A DNA stretch of 64,000 bases from NCBI GenBank assembly GCA_027459485.1, contig DAIDIG010000007.1:81070-145069 (forward strand). The letters run 5' to 3'. Positions 28,518-37,334 of the stretch are shown here, in pieces (positions within the stretch are counted from its first letter, which is position 1; each line of letters opens with the position of its first letter). The stretch is from Bdellovibrionales bacterium (lineage in GTDB: Bacteria > Bdellovibrionota > Bdellovibrionia > Bdellovibrionales > UBA1609). A model generated the notes under the pieces. That model worked only from the letters and a program-made list of their open reading frames with translations. It was not told where the DNA came from and did not search any database. The translations under genes and the position numbers were made by a program.

Positions 28518-31043
28518 TCAATCGCCTTCTTCAACAGCACCGCCGTTATCGGCGTTGCTATTGTTTGTTCCGCTTTTGGGCGCGACCGATGCGCCGGGCC
28601 CGTTTAAGTCGCTCGATGAGTTATCCGGCTCCACGTCGTCTGGCGGCGCTTGATCGATCGGTTGGTCGGTGCCTGGTGCGGCATTCTCGTCTGGCACCGC
28701 ACTGCCGGATTTCTTCTCGTAGTTAGGCGATGAAGCATCGGCTCGTCGAGGGAGCTTGTCTAACTGAGCGCCGTACGGATCGCGGCCGTCTTCGTATTTT
28801 TTGATGAAATCGAGGCGTTCGCTGAGCTTGTCATCCATCACTTGGTGGCTGTCTTGTGCGTTTCGGATAATTCTGGGGGTGATGAAAATGAGAAGATCGT
28901 CTTTTTCTTTGGCTTTTTGATCGGATTTGAACAGCCAACCCAAAATCGGGATGTCTCCCAATATCGGCACTTTCGCCACGGTGTCGGAGTCTTTGTCTTG
29001 CATCAGACCGCCGATCACCGAAGTGTCGCCGCTATTGACGATAATCTGCGTGTTCACATCGCGCTTAGTGTACGACACGGCGTTGTTATTCAGAGTCGAA
29101 GCCGCAACTTGGGTGGGCGCCAGCTGCTCGATCTTGTTGTGAATCTTCAATCGCACGGTGTCGGTATCAGGGCTGATGTAAGGAGTCAGCTCCATTTTCA
29201 ACGTGAGGTCGTGTCGATCGATACTGTTGGTCGTTTGCCCGTTGTTGGCCGTCGATTCATTTGACGACACCGGTACGTTTTCACCGACTTCAATAGTGGC
29301 TTTCTCGTTGTCGATCGCCGTCAGCGTTGGGGCCGAAAGAATATTCGAATTCGTGGTCTTTTTAATCAAGTTGATCATCGATAAAAGGCTCGGCACTTGA
29401 ACGCCGCCCGCAAACGCGCCTGCCATCGGGTTAATCCCCGTCTGGCCGGGTACGCCGCCGACGCCGGGGTACCCACCGTAACCGCCGCCCATGCCGCCCA
29501 TCATCGATTCTAAAGCCATCGACTGAACCGTCACCATTGAGCCCGCGCCCCAGCCCAGATTTAAACCTTGATCCTGAGTCGGATCAAGAAGACTGACGGG
29601 GTTTGAATTCGTGACCAAGTCCCAGCGGCCGAGGCCGTTTGTGCCCGGTAGAAACTTGTAATAATTCACGCCCCAATTGTTGGCCTTTTGCGCGTCCATC
29701 TCCATGATGATCGCTTTCACAAAAACTTGGTCGCGAGGTATGTCGAGTTTTTGCAAAATATCTCGAACGACAACCCAATCCTGCCGAGCGGCTGTTACGA
29801 CGATGCTGTTCGTTTCTTTGTCGGCGGTGACTTTGACGTCAGAACCAAAAATCGGTTCGACCGGAGCGGCGGGGGCAGCCGCCGGCGCACCGAACGCTGG
29901 TTGAGTCGTGGCCTGCTGAGTGGCGGCTTGCTGTTCTTTCTTACTTTCTTGCGCGATGCCGTTCAGCACTTTGGCGATGTTTTCGGCCTCACCGAAGCGC
30001 ACGTAATAAACGTAAACGCCCGCACCTGCCGACGTGCGCATCGGGTAGTCGAGTTTATTTACGAGACCGCGAATGCGCGCAATGCCGGCGTCATTGCCGA
30101 CAACGATAATCGAGTTCGTACGTAAATCGGGGATGACCAGTTGATAACTTGCGGCACCTGAAGTCCCGCTGCCGGTCGGGGCACCGTACGGGCGAAATCT
30201 CGGGAAGCCCGGCGTGAACTGGTTTTGCTGATCTTGCCCCTTATTGATGATCTTACTGATCAAGTCAGAAATATCTTTGGCGCGGGCGTATCGAATCGGC
30301 ATCACCACTAATTTTTCTTCGAACCCGGGCACGTCGAGCTGGTTGATGATGTTTTCAATTCGGTCGATGTTCGAGCCCATGTCGGTAATGATGAGTGAGT
30401 TGGTCGGGGCATACGGCGTGATGTCGCCATTTTGATTGATCAACCCATGCAATGTTTTTTGCACGTCATCGGCGTTGATGTATTTGAGTTTGATGATGCG
30501 GGTGATGAGCTGGTCGGTGTGGGGAAAGTACGCGCCCGAATACGTATCAATGTTTTCTTTCGAAGCCGCTTGCAAGCTTCGGATCTTCAGAAAATCGCCG
30601 TCCGGGACGACCGTGTAATTGTTCATGGCGAGTGCTGTGAGAAACGCTTTGTACGCTTCGGCCACGGTGATGCGGCTCGGGGCAATGATCGAAATTTTAC
30701 CCGACACGCCTTTTTCAAGAATAAAATTCTTGCCGGTCAGTTTACTTATGGCTTTCACCACTTCGGCGATATCGGCGTTCGGATAGTCAAAACTTTCGAT
30801 CAGATTCGGAAAGTTCTTGTTCGTGATGTCTTCAGGCTGGGCGTGTTCGAAATCGACTTTGCCGTTGGCGGATTTCAAGCTTGTACCCGGTGGCAATGAG
30901 TTATTCGGTGCGGACGGGTTATCGACTTGAGCCGGGCGCCGGCGCTGCGCGTGGGCCGGTGTCGTGAAGAAATCCGCGCCGAATGCAAAGGCGATCGCGG
31001 CGAGGAAAATGGCAATCGGTTGGGGTGAGTTCTGTCGTTTCAT
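28518..31043 (-). CDS. gspD: type II secretion system secretin GspD
   Basis: Trimmed to ATG 31043 (MKRQNSPQPIAIFLAAIAFAFG, signal peptide). N0-N3 domains and secretin core (VPILGDIPILGWLFKS...LLIFITPRII). Gly-rich insert and a long acidic disordered tail. Confidence 0.93.
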   Translation of the reverse strand: MKRQNSPQPIAIFLAAIAFAFGADFFTTPAHAQRRRPAQVDNPSAPNNSLPPGTSLKSANGKVDFEHAQPEDITNKNFPNLIESFDYPNADIAEVVKAISKLTGKNFILEKGVSGKISIIAPSRITVAEAYKAFLTALAMNNYTVVPDGDFLKIRSLQAASKENIDTYSGAYFPHTDQLITRIIKLKYINADDVQKTLHGLINQNGDITPYAPTNSLIITDMGSNIDRIENIINQLDVPGFEEKLVVMPIRYARAKDISDLISKIINKGQDQQNQFTPGFPRFRPYGAPTGSGTSGAASYQLVIPDLRTNSIIVVGNDAGIARIRGLVNKLDYPMRTSAGAGVYVYYVRFGEAENIAKVLNGIAQESKKEQQAATQQATTQPAFGAPAAAPAAPVEPIFGSDVKVTADKETNSIVVTAARQDWVVVRDILQKLDIPRDQVFVKAIIMEMDAQKANNWGVNYYKFLPGTNGLGRWDLVTNSNPVSLLDPTQDQGLNLGWGAGSMVTVQSMALESMMGGMGGGYGGYPGVGGVPGQTGINPMAGAFAGGVQVPSLLSMINLIKKTTNSNILSAPTLTAIDNEKATIEVGENVPVSSNESTANNGQTTNSIDRHDLTLKMELTPYISPDTDTVRLKIHNKIEQLAPTQVAASTLNNNAVSYTKRDVNTQIIVNSGDTSVIGGLMQDKDSDTVAKVPILGDIPILGWLFKSDQKAKEKDDLLIFITPRIIRNAQDSHQVMDDKLSERLDFIKKYEDGRDPYGAQLDKLPRRADASSPNYEKKSGSAVPDENAAPGTDQPIDQAPPDDVEPDNSSSDLNGPGASVAPKSGTNNSNADNGGAVEEGD

Positions 31044-31088
31044 AGCACTCCTTTGCGAGCCAACTGTCATGAGTAGCAACCATGCACT

Positions 31089-32018
31089 CTATTGGACCGT
31101 ATAATTTAAATTCTGCTCTTGGCCGTCACGCTCAATTGTTAATTGCACCGACGACGAGTTTTTCAACAAATTGTACATTTCCATCGCTTTAGTGGGGCTG
31201 TTGACCGGTTCACCGTTAACGGATTTGATCATGTCACCCACTTTAAACCCAAGCTTCTCGTAAATGCTGCCGGGTTGAATGCCGACAAACTTGAATCCTT
31301 CGACGCTAATGCCGTCGGGCGAAAACACTGGCTCAACACGCGCTTGTTGTAAAAGTGAGGCGAGGTTCTTGGTCATATTCTTGACGTCGGTACGTCGCAG
31401 AGTGAAATTATTTTGGCCGTTTTGCTGCACGACTTGACCGGGCGCCGGAGCTGTCTCGACACCGAACTGAAGAATGGCGTCGTCGGGGATCTCGATATAC
31501 TCCATCCGGTTATTGTTGAGATTTAAAAAGGTAACTCGCTTGCGTTCAATTTTCGTGACGCGGGCCATGCCTTCAATCACGTCGTCGACCATATATGAGT
31601 TTGAAGTATTTTTGCTGGTGATGCTAATTGTGGCGATCGATTTTTTCGCATCGTAGTGAACAATGGTGCCGAGCAGCTGAAGCGGTAATTGCGACAACAC
31701 GGCGGGGCGTTCAAAATTGTTATTTTTACCAGACGCGAGTTCGGGCGGGATGAGCCCATCCTCATTAAAGATGTCGTGGCTCATGATCGGATCATAGTCG
31801 CCTAGGCTTTGTGTCGGCATCGAAGCGGCATGCGGAGGTCGCGCGGGCAAAGGCTTTGTGGGCAACATCATGGGACGAATCGCCAGGATGCCGAGATCGG
31901 CAACGGATAAGCCGATCAAAGCGCAAAGCGCCGCGACATAGTATTTTTCAAGCGGTGGTCGCGCAGACGCGCCACGAAATCGGGCTAAAACTTTTTGGCT
32001 TTTATCTAAGATGCTCAT
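31089..32018 (-). CDS. gspC: type II secretion system protein C-like (TM plus PDZ)
   Basis: 309 aa with one N-terminal TM and a C-terminal PDZ-like segment (GFKFVGIQPGSIYEKLGFKVGDMIKSVNGEPV). Immediately upstream of gspD. Confidence 0.7.
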   Translation of the reverse strand: MSILDKSQKVLARFRGASARPPLEKYYVAALCALIGLSVADLGILAIRPMMLPTKPLPARPPHAASMPTQSLGDYDPIMSHDIFNEDGLIPPELASGKNNNFERPAVLSQLPLQLLGTIVHYDAKKSIATISITSKNTSNSYMVDDVIEGMARVTKIERKRVTFLNLNNNRMEYIEIPDDAILQFGVETAPAPGQVVQQNGQNNFTLRRTDVKNMTKNLASLLQQARVEPVFSPDGISVEGFKFVGIQPGSIYEKLGFKVGDMIKSVNGEPVNSPTKAMEMYNLLKNSSSVQLTIERDGQEQNLNYTVQ

Positions 32019-32329
32019 TCGACGTGTGCCCCTGCAAAAAGTCTAACAGACCGCTTTCGGCTCGAGCAAAACCTAAATCGGGACTCGACTTTCGGCGTGT
32101 TGCCGGCGCTGAAATCGGCCGCTCACTCCATCAAACGAAGTTTGTGCAGAGCCAAATTTTCGTTATGACTACAATCGTTAATTTCACCGCACCGAAAACT
32201 TTTTTCAGCACAAAAACTGTAATCACCTTAAATTTCTTGCTCGATTGAAAATATGATCGTCCCCGAGAGGAATTGTTGAACGGCACAAGAATTGCTGTAT
32301 ATAGCGGTTAGGGAAAAAGGGGGGGGAGC

Positions 32330-33043
32330 ATGAGAAATGCTTTGGTGTTCGGGGGCGCCAATTCACTGGATTTCATCGACGTTCGTCTGGGCGTCATACG
32401 AATTCCAGAAGTTAGCTTAAAACTTCAAGAGGCACAGCAAATTTGGGATCGCCATCGAGACGATTCGTTCTGCTTTCATACGTATTTGATGTCCGACGAC
32501 GAGACGTTTTTTAATAATGTCGGGCTCAAAACGCTATGTTTGTCGATCGTGCAGCTGGGCCTTGTCGAAAGATATCGACGGTTGTTTCGAGCGCCGGACT
32601 GTTACATTGGCAATGTTCAAAGAGATTCGGCACTGCTTGTTCTATGCGGACGGCAATCGCTCGCGCAGTTGATCATGACAAGCACGGCAATGGGGATGCC
32701 GGAAGCCGCTGATGACGGCGTCATGCAGCTCAACGGTCAGGCTTTGCCACGGTATCAAACGTTCGAGCGAGTGATTGTCGGTGACGATGAGAACGAGCAT
32801 TTCATGGCCGTTCACGAACCGGAACTGAAACTGGCGACTGCGATTGAGCATGCCATTGATGAAAAGGGTGTGACGAAGATTGTGCATGTCGGTCCTGGCC
32901 AGTTGGAGCGATCGGTTTCGTTAGCGCTTGAACCACGTGAGATTTCAATTGTGGAGTCGATCGACGTAGACCCGATGCTCGGATGGTTCTGGCGTGACAT
33001 GCGATATGGAACATTGGGGCGCTCGGAACATAACGCAATCTGA
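32330..33043 (+). CDS. hypothetical protein, weak FabD-like acyltransferase resemblance without the nucleophile serine
   Basis: 237 aa. APDCYIGNVQRDSALLVLCG parallels FabD APAMMAGHSLGEYSALVCAG, and VHVGPGQL parallels FabD YEVGPGKVL. By-eye alignment only. Confidence 0.5.
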   Translation: MRNALVFGGANSLDFIDVRLGVIRIPEVSLKLQEAQQIWDRHRDDSFCFHTYLMSDDETFFNNVGLKTLCLSIVQLGLVERYRRLFRAPDCYIGNVQRDSALLVLCGRQSLAQLIMTSTAMGMPEAADDGVMQLNGQALPRYQTFERVIVGDDENEHFMAVHEPELKLATAIEHAIDEKGVTKIVHVGPGQLERSVSLALEPREISIVESIDVDPMLGWFWRDMRYGTLGRSEHNAI

Positions 33044-33049
33044 TCAAAA

Positions 33050-34558
33050 TCAGCTCACGAGGCGGAGAACCGGTTGCTTTCTTAGCAAATAGTTGCATGG
33101 AGAAGTGTACGGTTTTTCGCGCAAACGATTAAGATCGACTCCTAGCTGTTTGAGAAAGTGAACCAGCTTGGACGCTTGCTTAAAAGTGATGCGATCGAGA
33201 AATATTTTGCCTGAAGTGGTCTCCCAAAACGGACGATAGGAGCTGCCGCCTTTCGTCATAGCATATAATGTGCCGAGCGAGGTATGAATGATCGCGCCGC
33301 CCTCGTATCGAGCGCCGGGCAACCCGTCGATGGATTCGACTTGCAAAACGTCAACCGGTTGCAGGTGCCCCGGGGCGCCAATGAACATGCGATAACTTTC
33401 TGGCGAGCGCGAAAGTATGGCCGCATCGACATAGATAAATGTATTCGCGCCTTCTAATTTATAAATGTAAATCACGTGGCGAGTTTCAGGCATTGAGTGA
33501 AGCGTGACCGTACCGTTGCGCAGGCGATTTGTTAAAATGGTGCGCTCTTGGCTGCTGGCCTCACGCAAACAGCTCGATATATTAGAGGATTTCACGTGCA
33601 ATGCGCCGCTTTTGTCCAAATGCACCGTCACCATCCGATCGAGATCCTCAGGTACAGATGAAAACACATCGAGTTTCAATTCACTGTAGCGACAGTTCAT
33701 TTGCTTCGATTGTTCGCGCTTTGAATAAAACTGGTACATATCCGGGCGATCCAGATTGCCGAAAAAAAGCGGATGCCGACCTGTCAATGTGGTGGATGTA
33801 ACCATGTCGTCCGAACCGATAACCGCGACGTAGTTGCCCCGCCGGTCGGTCCACATTTGGCTAATAAAAAGATCGCGCGTGGAGCCGATCTTCGGAGGGG
33901 TTAAGCTATCGATATGGGTATTACTGTGAATGAGAGGATCATCGGCGATGTCACCATGAAAGCCCGCATACGCATTTGCCGCTTGCGGGAGTGCCATGCG
34001 AAGCGCCAGCATTTTGTTCGCAGCGGGTCTAAATTTCGCGAGAGCCCGTGTAGTTGGATCTAATGAGACCGATTCGACCTGAAACTGAAACGCTGTCTGA
34101 TTCAATTGCCTTGCGACGAAATCTGTGTCGGGTGTGAGGTTTGTTCGAGTCGAGTAGGCTGAGCGAATTTCAGCGCGTAATTGATCGATTGTTGAGCCCG
34201 TAGATTTAGTGTCAAGATTCACCCACCAATCTAATGGGTGCTCACCTTCGTTAGTGAAATATAGAAAGAGTATTCGGTAAGGTAAAGTGATTTTAAGGCG
34301 CACGCCGGTAACTCGAGTGTCCGCTGGTAACACGGCGACTGGGCGGTCGCCCAATTGATAATCTTGTTTATCATACCGAAAATATATAGTCGCTCGATAG
34401 CCATCGTCGAATTTTTCGACAGGATCTCGAATGATGTATTCAGGCGAGTCTGCCAGTGCGGAGCTCGAAACCGTGATAATTGCCGCAAGCGCCGCAAGTA
34501 GGAGACAAATCCAAGTCGCTTTCATTTCTGTTGTGCCTCGCGAGCCTTTTAGCATCAC
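33050..34558 (-). CDS. hypothetical secreted protein
   Basis: 502-aa ORF. The likely start is ATG 34525, giving MKATWICLLLAALAAIITVSSSALA (signal peptide). No recognisable motif. Confidence 0.55.
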   Translation of the reverse strand: MMLKGSRGTTEMKATWICLLLAALAAIITVSSSALADSPEYIIRDPVEKFDDGYRATIYFRYDKQDYQLGDRPVAVLPADTRVTGVRLKITLPYRILFLYFTNEGEHPLDWWVNLDTKSTGSTIDQLRAEIRSAYSTRTNLTPDTDFVARQLNQTAFQFQVESVSLDPTTRALAKFRPAANKMLALRMALPQAANAYAGFHGDIADDPLIHSNTHIDSLTPPKIGSTRDLFISQMWTDRRGNYVAVIGSDDMVTSTTLTGRHPLFFGNLDRPDMYQFYSKREQSKQMNCRYSELKLDVFSSVPEDLDRMVTVHLDKSGALHVKSSNISSCLREASSQERTILTNRLRNGTVTLHSMPETRHVIYIYKLEGANTFIYVDAAILSRSPESYRMFIGAPGHLQPVDVLQVESIDGLPGARYEGGAIIHTSLGTLYAMTKGGSSYRPFWETTSGKIFLDRITFKQASKLVHFLKQLGVDLNRLREKPYTSPCNYLLRKQPVLRLVS

Positions 34559-34678
34559 TGCGAGTCACTTGGGCATCATTTCGCTGTAAAAGAACCTTGA
34601 TATGCCCTGAACATGGAGTGGAACTGGAATTGCACAAGTCCAGTATCGATTGTCAGTATCAAAATGAAAGGAGACCCC

Positions 34679-35176
34679 ATGCTAATTTACGACGAGCTTC
34701 ACACCGATCATTTAAAAGTGCTTGGACTCATCGACGAACTTTTGGACCTACCGGACGACAGCGACGAGGAGTACCGCTCGAACCTCATTCGTGATATTCG
34801 GGATGAATTGATCCCCCATGCGCGAGCTGAAGAACGAATCCTCTACAACGCGATCAGGCGTCAACGCGAGGCTCCCCCTGGTATGATTCGATCCGCCTTT
34901 GAAGATCACTTCGAGGCCGAAACGCACCTCCGCAAACTTCAATTAGTTGATAAGGTGAACGGGAATTGGCGCGACGTAGCCGAGCGATTGCGCGACGCTC
35001 TGGCTCACCATATTCGCGAAGAAGAGACCCAAGTTTTTCCGGTCGCTATGGATTTGTTCTCCGAATCAGAGGCAAACCGGATGGGGCGCGAATTTGCCGA
35101 GTTAAAAGACGAGGTACGCGAAGAAGGCTTCATGAAAACGACACTCGACATGGTTGGCAATGTGCTTCGACCTTGA
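34679..35176 (+). CDS. hemerythrin HHE cation-binding domain protein
   Basis: Trimmed to ATG 34679 with an AGGAGA RBS. His/Glu ligand pattern (HTDH, HARAEE, EDHFEAE, HHIREEE). Confidence 0.8.
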   Translation: MLIYDELHTDHLKVLGLIDELLDLPDDSDEEYRSNLIRDIRDELIPHARAEERILYNAIRRQREAPPGMIRSAFEDHFEAETHLRKLQLVDKVNGNWRDVAERLRDALAHHIREEETQVFPVAMDLFSESEANRMGREFAELKDEVREEGFMKTTLDMVGNVLRP

Positions 35177-35208
35177 CCATTTAGCGGCGGCACCGTCAAA
35201 CTGGGGGG

Positions 35209-36042
35209 ATGAAGCCCCCCCGCTGGCGACGTGTGGTCGTCAAACTCGGCACTCAAGTTGTTGTTGAAAATTCGATTCGGTTCGCCACTGAACGCGTGTC
35301 GCAGATTGTAAATGAATTTTTGGGTGGGTGTGAGGAGCGCATCCTCGTTACGAGTGGTGCGGTGGGGCTCGGCCGAGCTGCACTCGGATTGGAACCTCGC
35401 CAAGTCCTGTCTCTGCCGCAAAAGCAAGCCTGCGCGGCGGTGGGGCAATCGAGACTTATCAACGAATACGATCGATTGCTCAGCTCAGAGAAAATTCGTG
35501 CGGCTCAGATACTGGTCACATCTGAAGATTTGGCCGACCCTCAAAAGTTTCACAATTTTTCAGAGACCTTGAATGAACTTTTGCGGGCGGGTGCATTCCC
35601 CATCATCAATGAAAATGATTCGGTATCGACAGCTGAACTTGAGCAGACCAAAGGTCAAAAAAGCGAAATTAGCTTTGGCGATAACGACCGACTGTCGGCT
35701 CTCATCGCAACGAAGGTTCAAGCCGATTTATTGGTGATTTTGTCCGACATCGATGGGTTTTATAAGACAAATCCAAAAGTCGACCCGCAAGCCGAGAAAT
35801 TGAAGCGAATCGATGACATTCGACAATTGGAGCATATTGAAGCGGGCGATTCTTCGGCGGGCGGCCGTGGCGGCGTGCGCACAAAAATTCAAGCGGTGCA
35901 GTTGGCCGCGCGAAACGGAGTTCACGCCGTTGTAGCGAGCGGGTTTCAAGTCGGCGTGCTGAAGCAAATTCTGTCGTCGCGTGAATGGAACGAGAATACC
36001 CCTTGTACTTGGGTCGTCGCCGATTCGAGATCAAAAGTATGA
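35209..36042 (+). CDS. proB: glutamate 5-kinase (short form, no PUA domain)
   Basis: VVVKLGT, VTSGAVGLG, AAVGQSRL, INENDSV and FGDNDRLSA motifs. 277 aa. Confidence 0.92.
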   Translation: MKPPRWRRVVVKLGTQVVVENSIRFATERVSQIVNEFLGGCEERILVTSGAVGLGRAALGLEPRQVLSLPQKQACAAVGQSRLINEYDRLLSSEKIRAAQILVTSEDLADPQKFHNFSETLNELLRAGAFPIINENDSVSTAELEQTKGQKSEISFGDNDRLSALIATKVQADLLVILSDIDGFYKTNPKVDPQAEKLKRIDDIRQLEHIEAGDSSAGGRGGVRTKIQAVQLAARNGVHAVVASGFQVGVLKQILSSREWNENTPCTWVVADSRSKV

Positions 36043-37328
36043 CGGATCGCCAAATGCAAGACCACATTCGGCGAGCTAAAGAGGCGGCTTGGGTCCTGGC
36101 AGGGCTGTCGTCGGTTCAGAAAAAGCGTGTGCTCAATCGATTCGCCGCGCTGATCTGGGCGGAGCGCGAAGCTTTGCTGCGCGCCAATTTTAAAGATTTG
36201 CGGCGAGCTGAAGGCACACTTTCAGGTTCGATGTTGGCACGCCTCAAATTTGACGAGGCAAAAGTCCGCGTGGTTTGTGAAGGCCTTCGCAATTTGGCGA
36301 AAGCTGCCGATCCCGTGCATCGCGTGCTCGATCGTTTCGAACTCGATCGCGGGCTTGTGCTCGAGAAACGGACCGTCCCGATCGGGGTTATTGCCGTAAT
36401 TTTTGAATCGCGGCCCGACGTTATTCCGCAGGTACTGTCGCTCATTTTAAAAAGCGGGAATGTCGCTTTGTTAAAAGGCGGGCGCGAAGCGCAATTCACC
36501 AATCAGGCTTTTTTGAAAATTGTTGAGCGGCTCAATCGCGAATTTAAATTTTTGCCGAATTCCTGGGCCCAACTGTTTTTCGAGCGTCGTGACGTTGACC
36601 TGATTCTGCGCCATCACGAATCCGTAAATTTGGTGATCCCGCGGGGTTCGAATGAGCTGGTACAAACAATTCAGCGCAAAACTAAGATCCCGGTGCTCGG
36701 TCATGCCGATGGAGTGTGCCATCTTTATTGGGATAAGTCGGCCGATTTTTCAGTGGTCCGCGAGGTCGTGATTGACGCAAAAACCCAATATCCCGCCGTC
36801 TGCAATGCTTTAGAAACTCTGATTGTTCATCGCTCTCGTTTGAAAGAATTGGACCGGCTAATCGTTGAGCTCAAAGATCGGGGAGTCCGCATATTCGGGG
36901 ATGGCGAGATCACGGCACCCCGGGTGAAAGATTGGCACACTGAATACGGCGATCTTTCATTAGCTGTGCGGGTTGTCAAATCAATTGATGAAGCCATTGC
37001 CCATATCAATAAATTTGGTTCACATCATACCGATGGAATTTTGACAAATGACAAACGGGCGCAAGAGGCGTTTTTATCAGCCGTTGATTCCGCTACTTTG
37101 ACAGTCAATGCGTCGACGCGTTTTGCCGATGGGTATCGCTTCGGCATGGGTGCTGAAGTTGGAATTTCTACCAATAAAATACACGCGCGCGGACCGGTCG
37201 GCGTCGAGGGTTTGGTCACTCATCAATTTATCTTGATGGGCCACGGCCACATTGTTCGCGATTATGTTGAGTCATCAGGAGTTCCTCCCGCTCGACGATT
37301 TACGCATCGAAAATTATTTGTTAAATGA
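36039..37328 (+). CDS. proA: glutamate-5-semialdehyde dehydrogenase
   Basis: Trimmed to ATG 36039, which overlaps the proB stop (ATGA). IFESRPDV, LLKGGREA, CNALETLIVH (catalytic Cys) and HTDGI motifs. Confidence 0.93.
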   Translation: MTDRQMQDHIRRAKEAAWVLAGLSSVQKKRVLNRFAALIWAEREALLRANFKDLRRAEGTLSGSMLARLKFDEAKVRVVCEGLRNLAKAADPVHRVLDRFELDRGLVLEKRTVPIGVIAVIFESRPDVIPQVLSLILKSGNVALLKGGREAQFTNQAFLKIVERLNREFKFLPNSWAQLFFERRDVDLILRHHESVNLVIPRGSNELVQTIQRKTKIPVLGHADGVCHLYWDKSADFSVVREVVIDAKTQYPAVCNALETLIVHRSRLKELDRLIVELKDRGVRIFGDGEITAPRVKDWHTEYGDLSLAVRVVKSIDEAIAHINKFGSHHTDGILTNDKRAQEAFLSAVDSATLTVNASTRFADGYRFGMGAEVGISTNKIHARGPVGVEGLVTHQFILMGHGHIVRDYVESSGVPPARRFTHRKLFVK

Positions 37329-37334
37329 ACCGAC

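Noticed and set aside
28328-28540. 70-aa GTG-initiated ORF in the gspD-gspE gap as a real gene.
   Set aside because: It has no RBS, overlaps the gspD 3' end, and has no recognisable motif. It is mentioned only as part of the gap observation.
28842-30899. Several + strand ORFs (140-155 aa) antisense to gspD.
   Set aside because: They are embedded in the secretin gene with no independent motif or RBS. This is typical of antisense frames in GC-moderate coding DNA.
35209-36042. proB lacking the C-terminal PUA domain as a novelty.
   Set aside because: Short PUA-less glutamate 5-kinases are a known natural variant. The kinase motifs are intact and proA follows with stop/start coupling.
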